This document shows, in pieces, positions 63,876-64,000 of a stretch of DNA of 64,000 nucleotides. How positions within the stretch are numbered: the stretch's first letter is position 1; each line of letters opens with the position of its first letter. Below the pieces are notes generated by a model, which was given only the letters and a program-made list of their open reading frames with translations, did no database searches and was not told the DNA's origin. The position numbers and the translations under genes were made by a program. Source of the DNA: Paraspadella gotoi (Eukaryota > Animalia > Chaetognatha); contig CM119264.1 of assembly GCA_051294375.1 (NCBI GenBank), positions 29,389,847 through 29,453,846 on the forward strand, given 5' to 3'.

Positions 63876-63996
63876 AAAGAAAAACATCGATTTGGGAAAC
63901 AGTGCTAATTTATTTAGACCATGCATTCAAACCATAGCTGGTTTGAATGCATGGTCTAAATAAAATTAGCACTGTTCCAAATCGATGTTTTTCTTT
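63876..63996. repeat. Near-perfect palindrome with arms of about 58 bp and a 4-nt loop
   Basis: ..GACCATGCATTCAAACCA tagc TGGTTTGAATGCATGGTC.. Confidence 0.85.
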
Positions 63997-64000
63997 TTAT

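Overview
AT-rich, microsatellite-dense eukaryotic DNA, most likely from a draft assembly of an invertebrate animal, with N gaps. Most of the window is one multi-exon, + strand dynein heavy chain gene of the DNHD1 type (ATG 12849 to TAA 62400). It has RFX X-boxes upstream, a degenerate AAA1 Walker B and AAA4 P-loop, a conserved stalk/MTBD and a cluster of three GC-AG introns. Nested antisense in one of its introns (33749-40389) is a 4-exon flavin monooxygenase closely resembling bacterial trimethylamine monooxygenase (Tmm/mFMO). The 16-36.5 kb region holds indel-rich direct and inverted duplicate blocks that are probably long-read gap-filling artefacts. Introns and intergenic DNA carry several short fold-back elements with minimal hammerhead-ribozyme cores of the Penelope type (one with a 16-bp target-site duplication), a tRNA-derived SINE, Helentron-like repeats and minisatellites. 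Homology calls come from my recognition of motifs, not from a database search, and exon boundaries were derived by hand.
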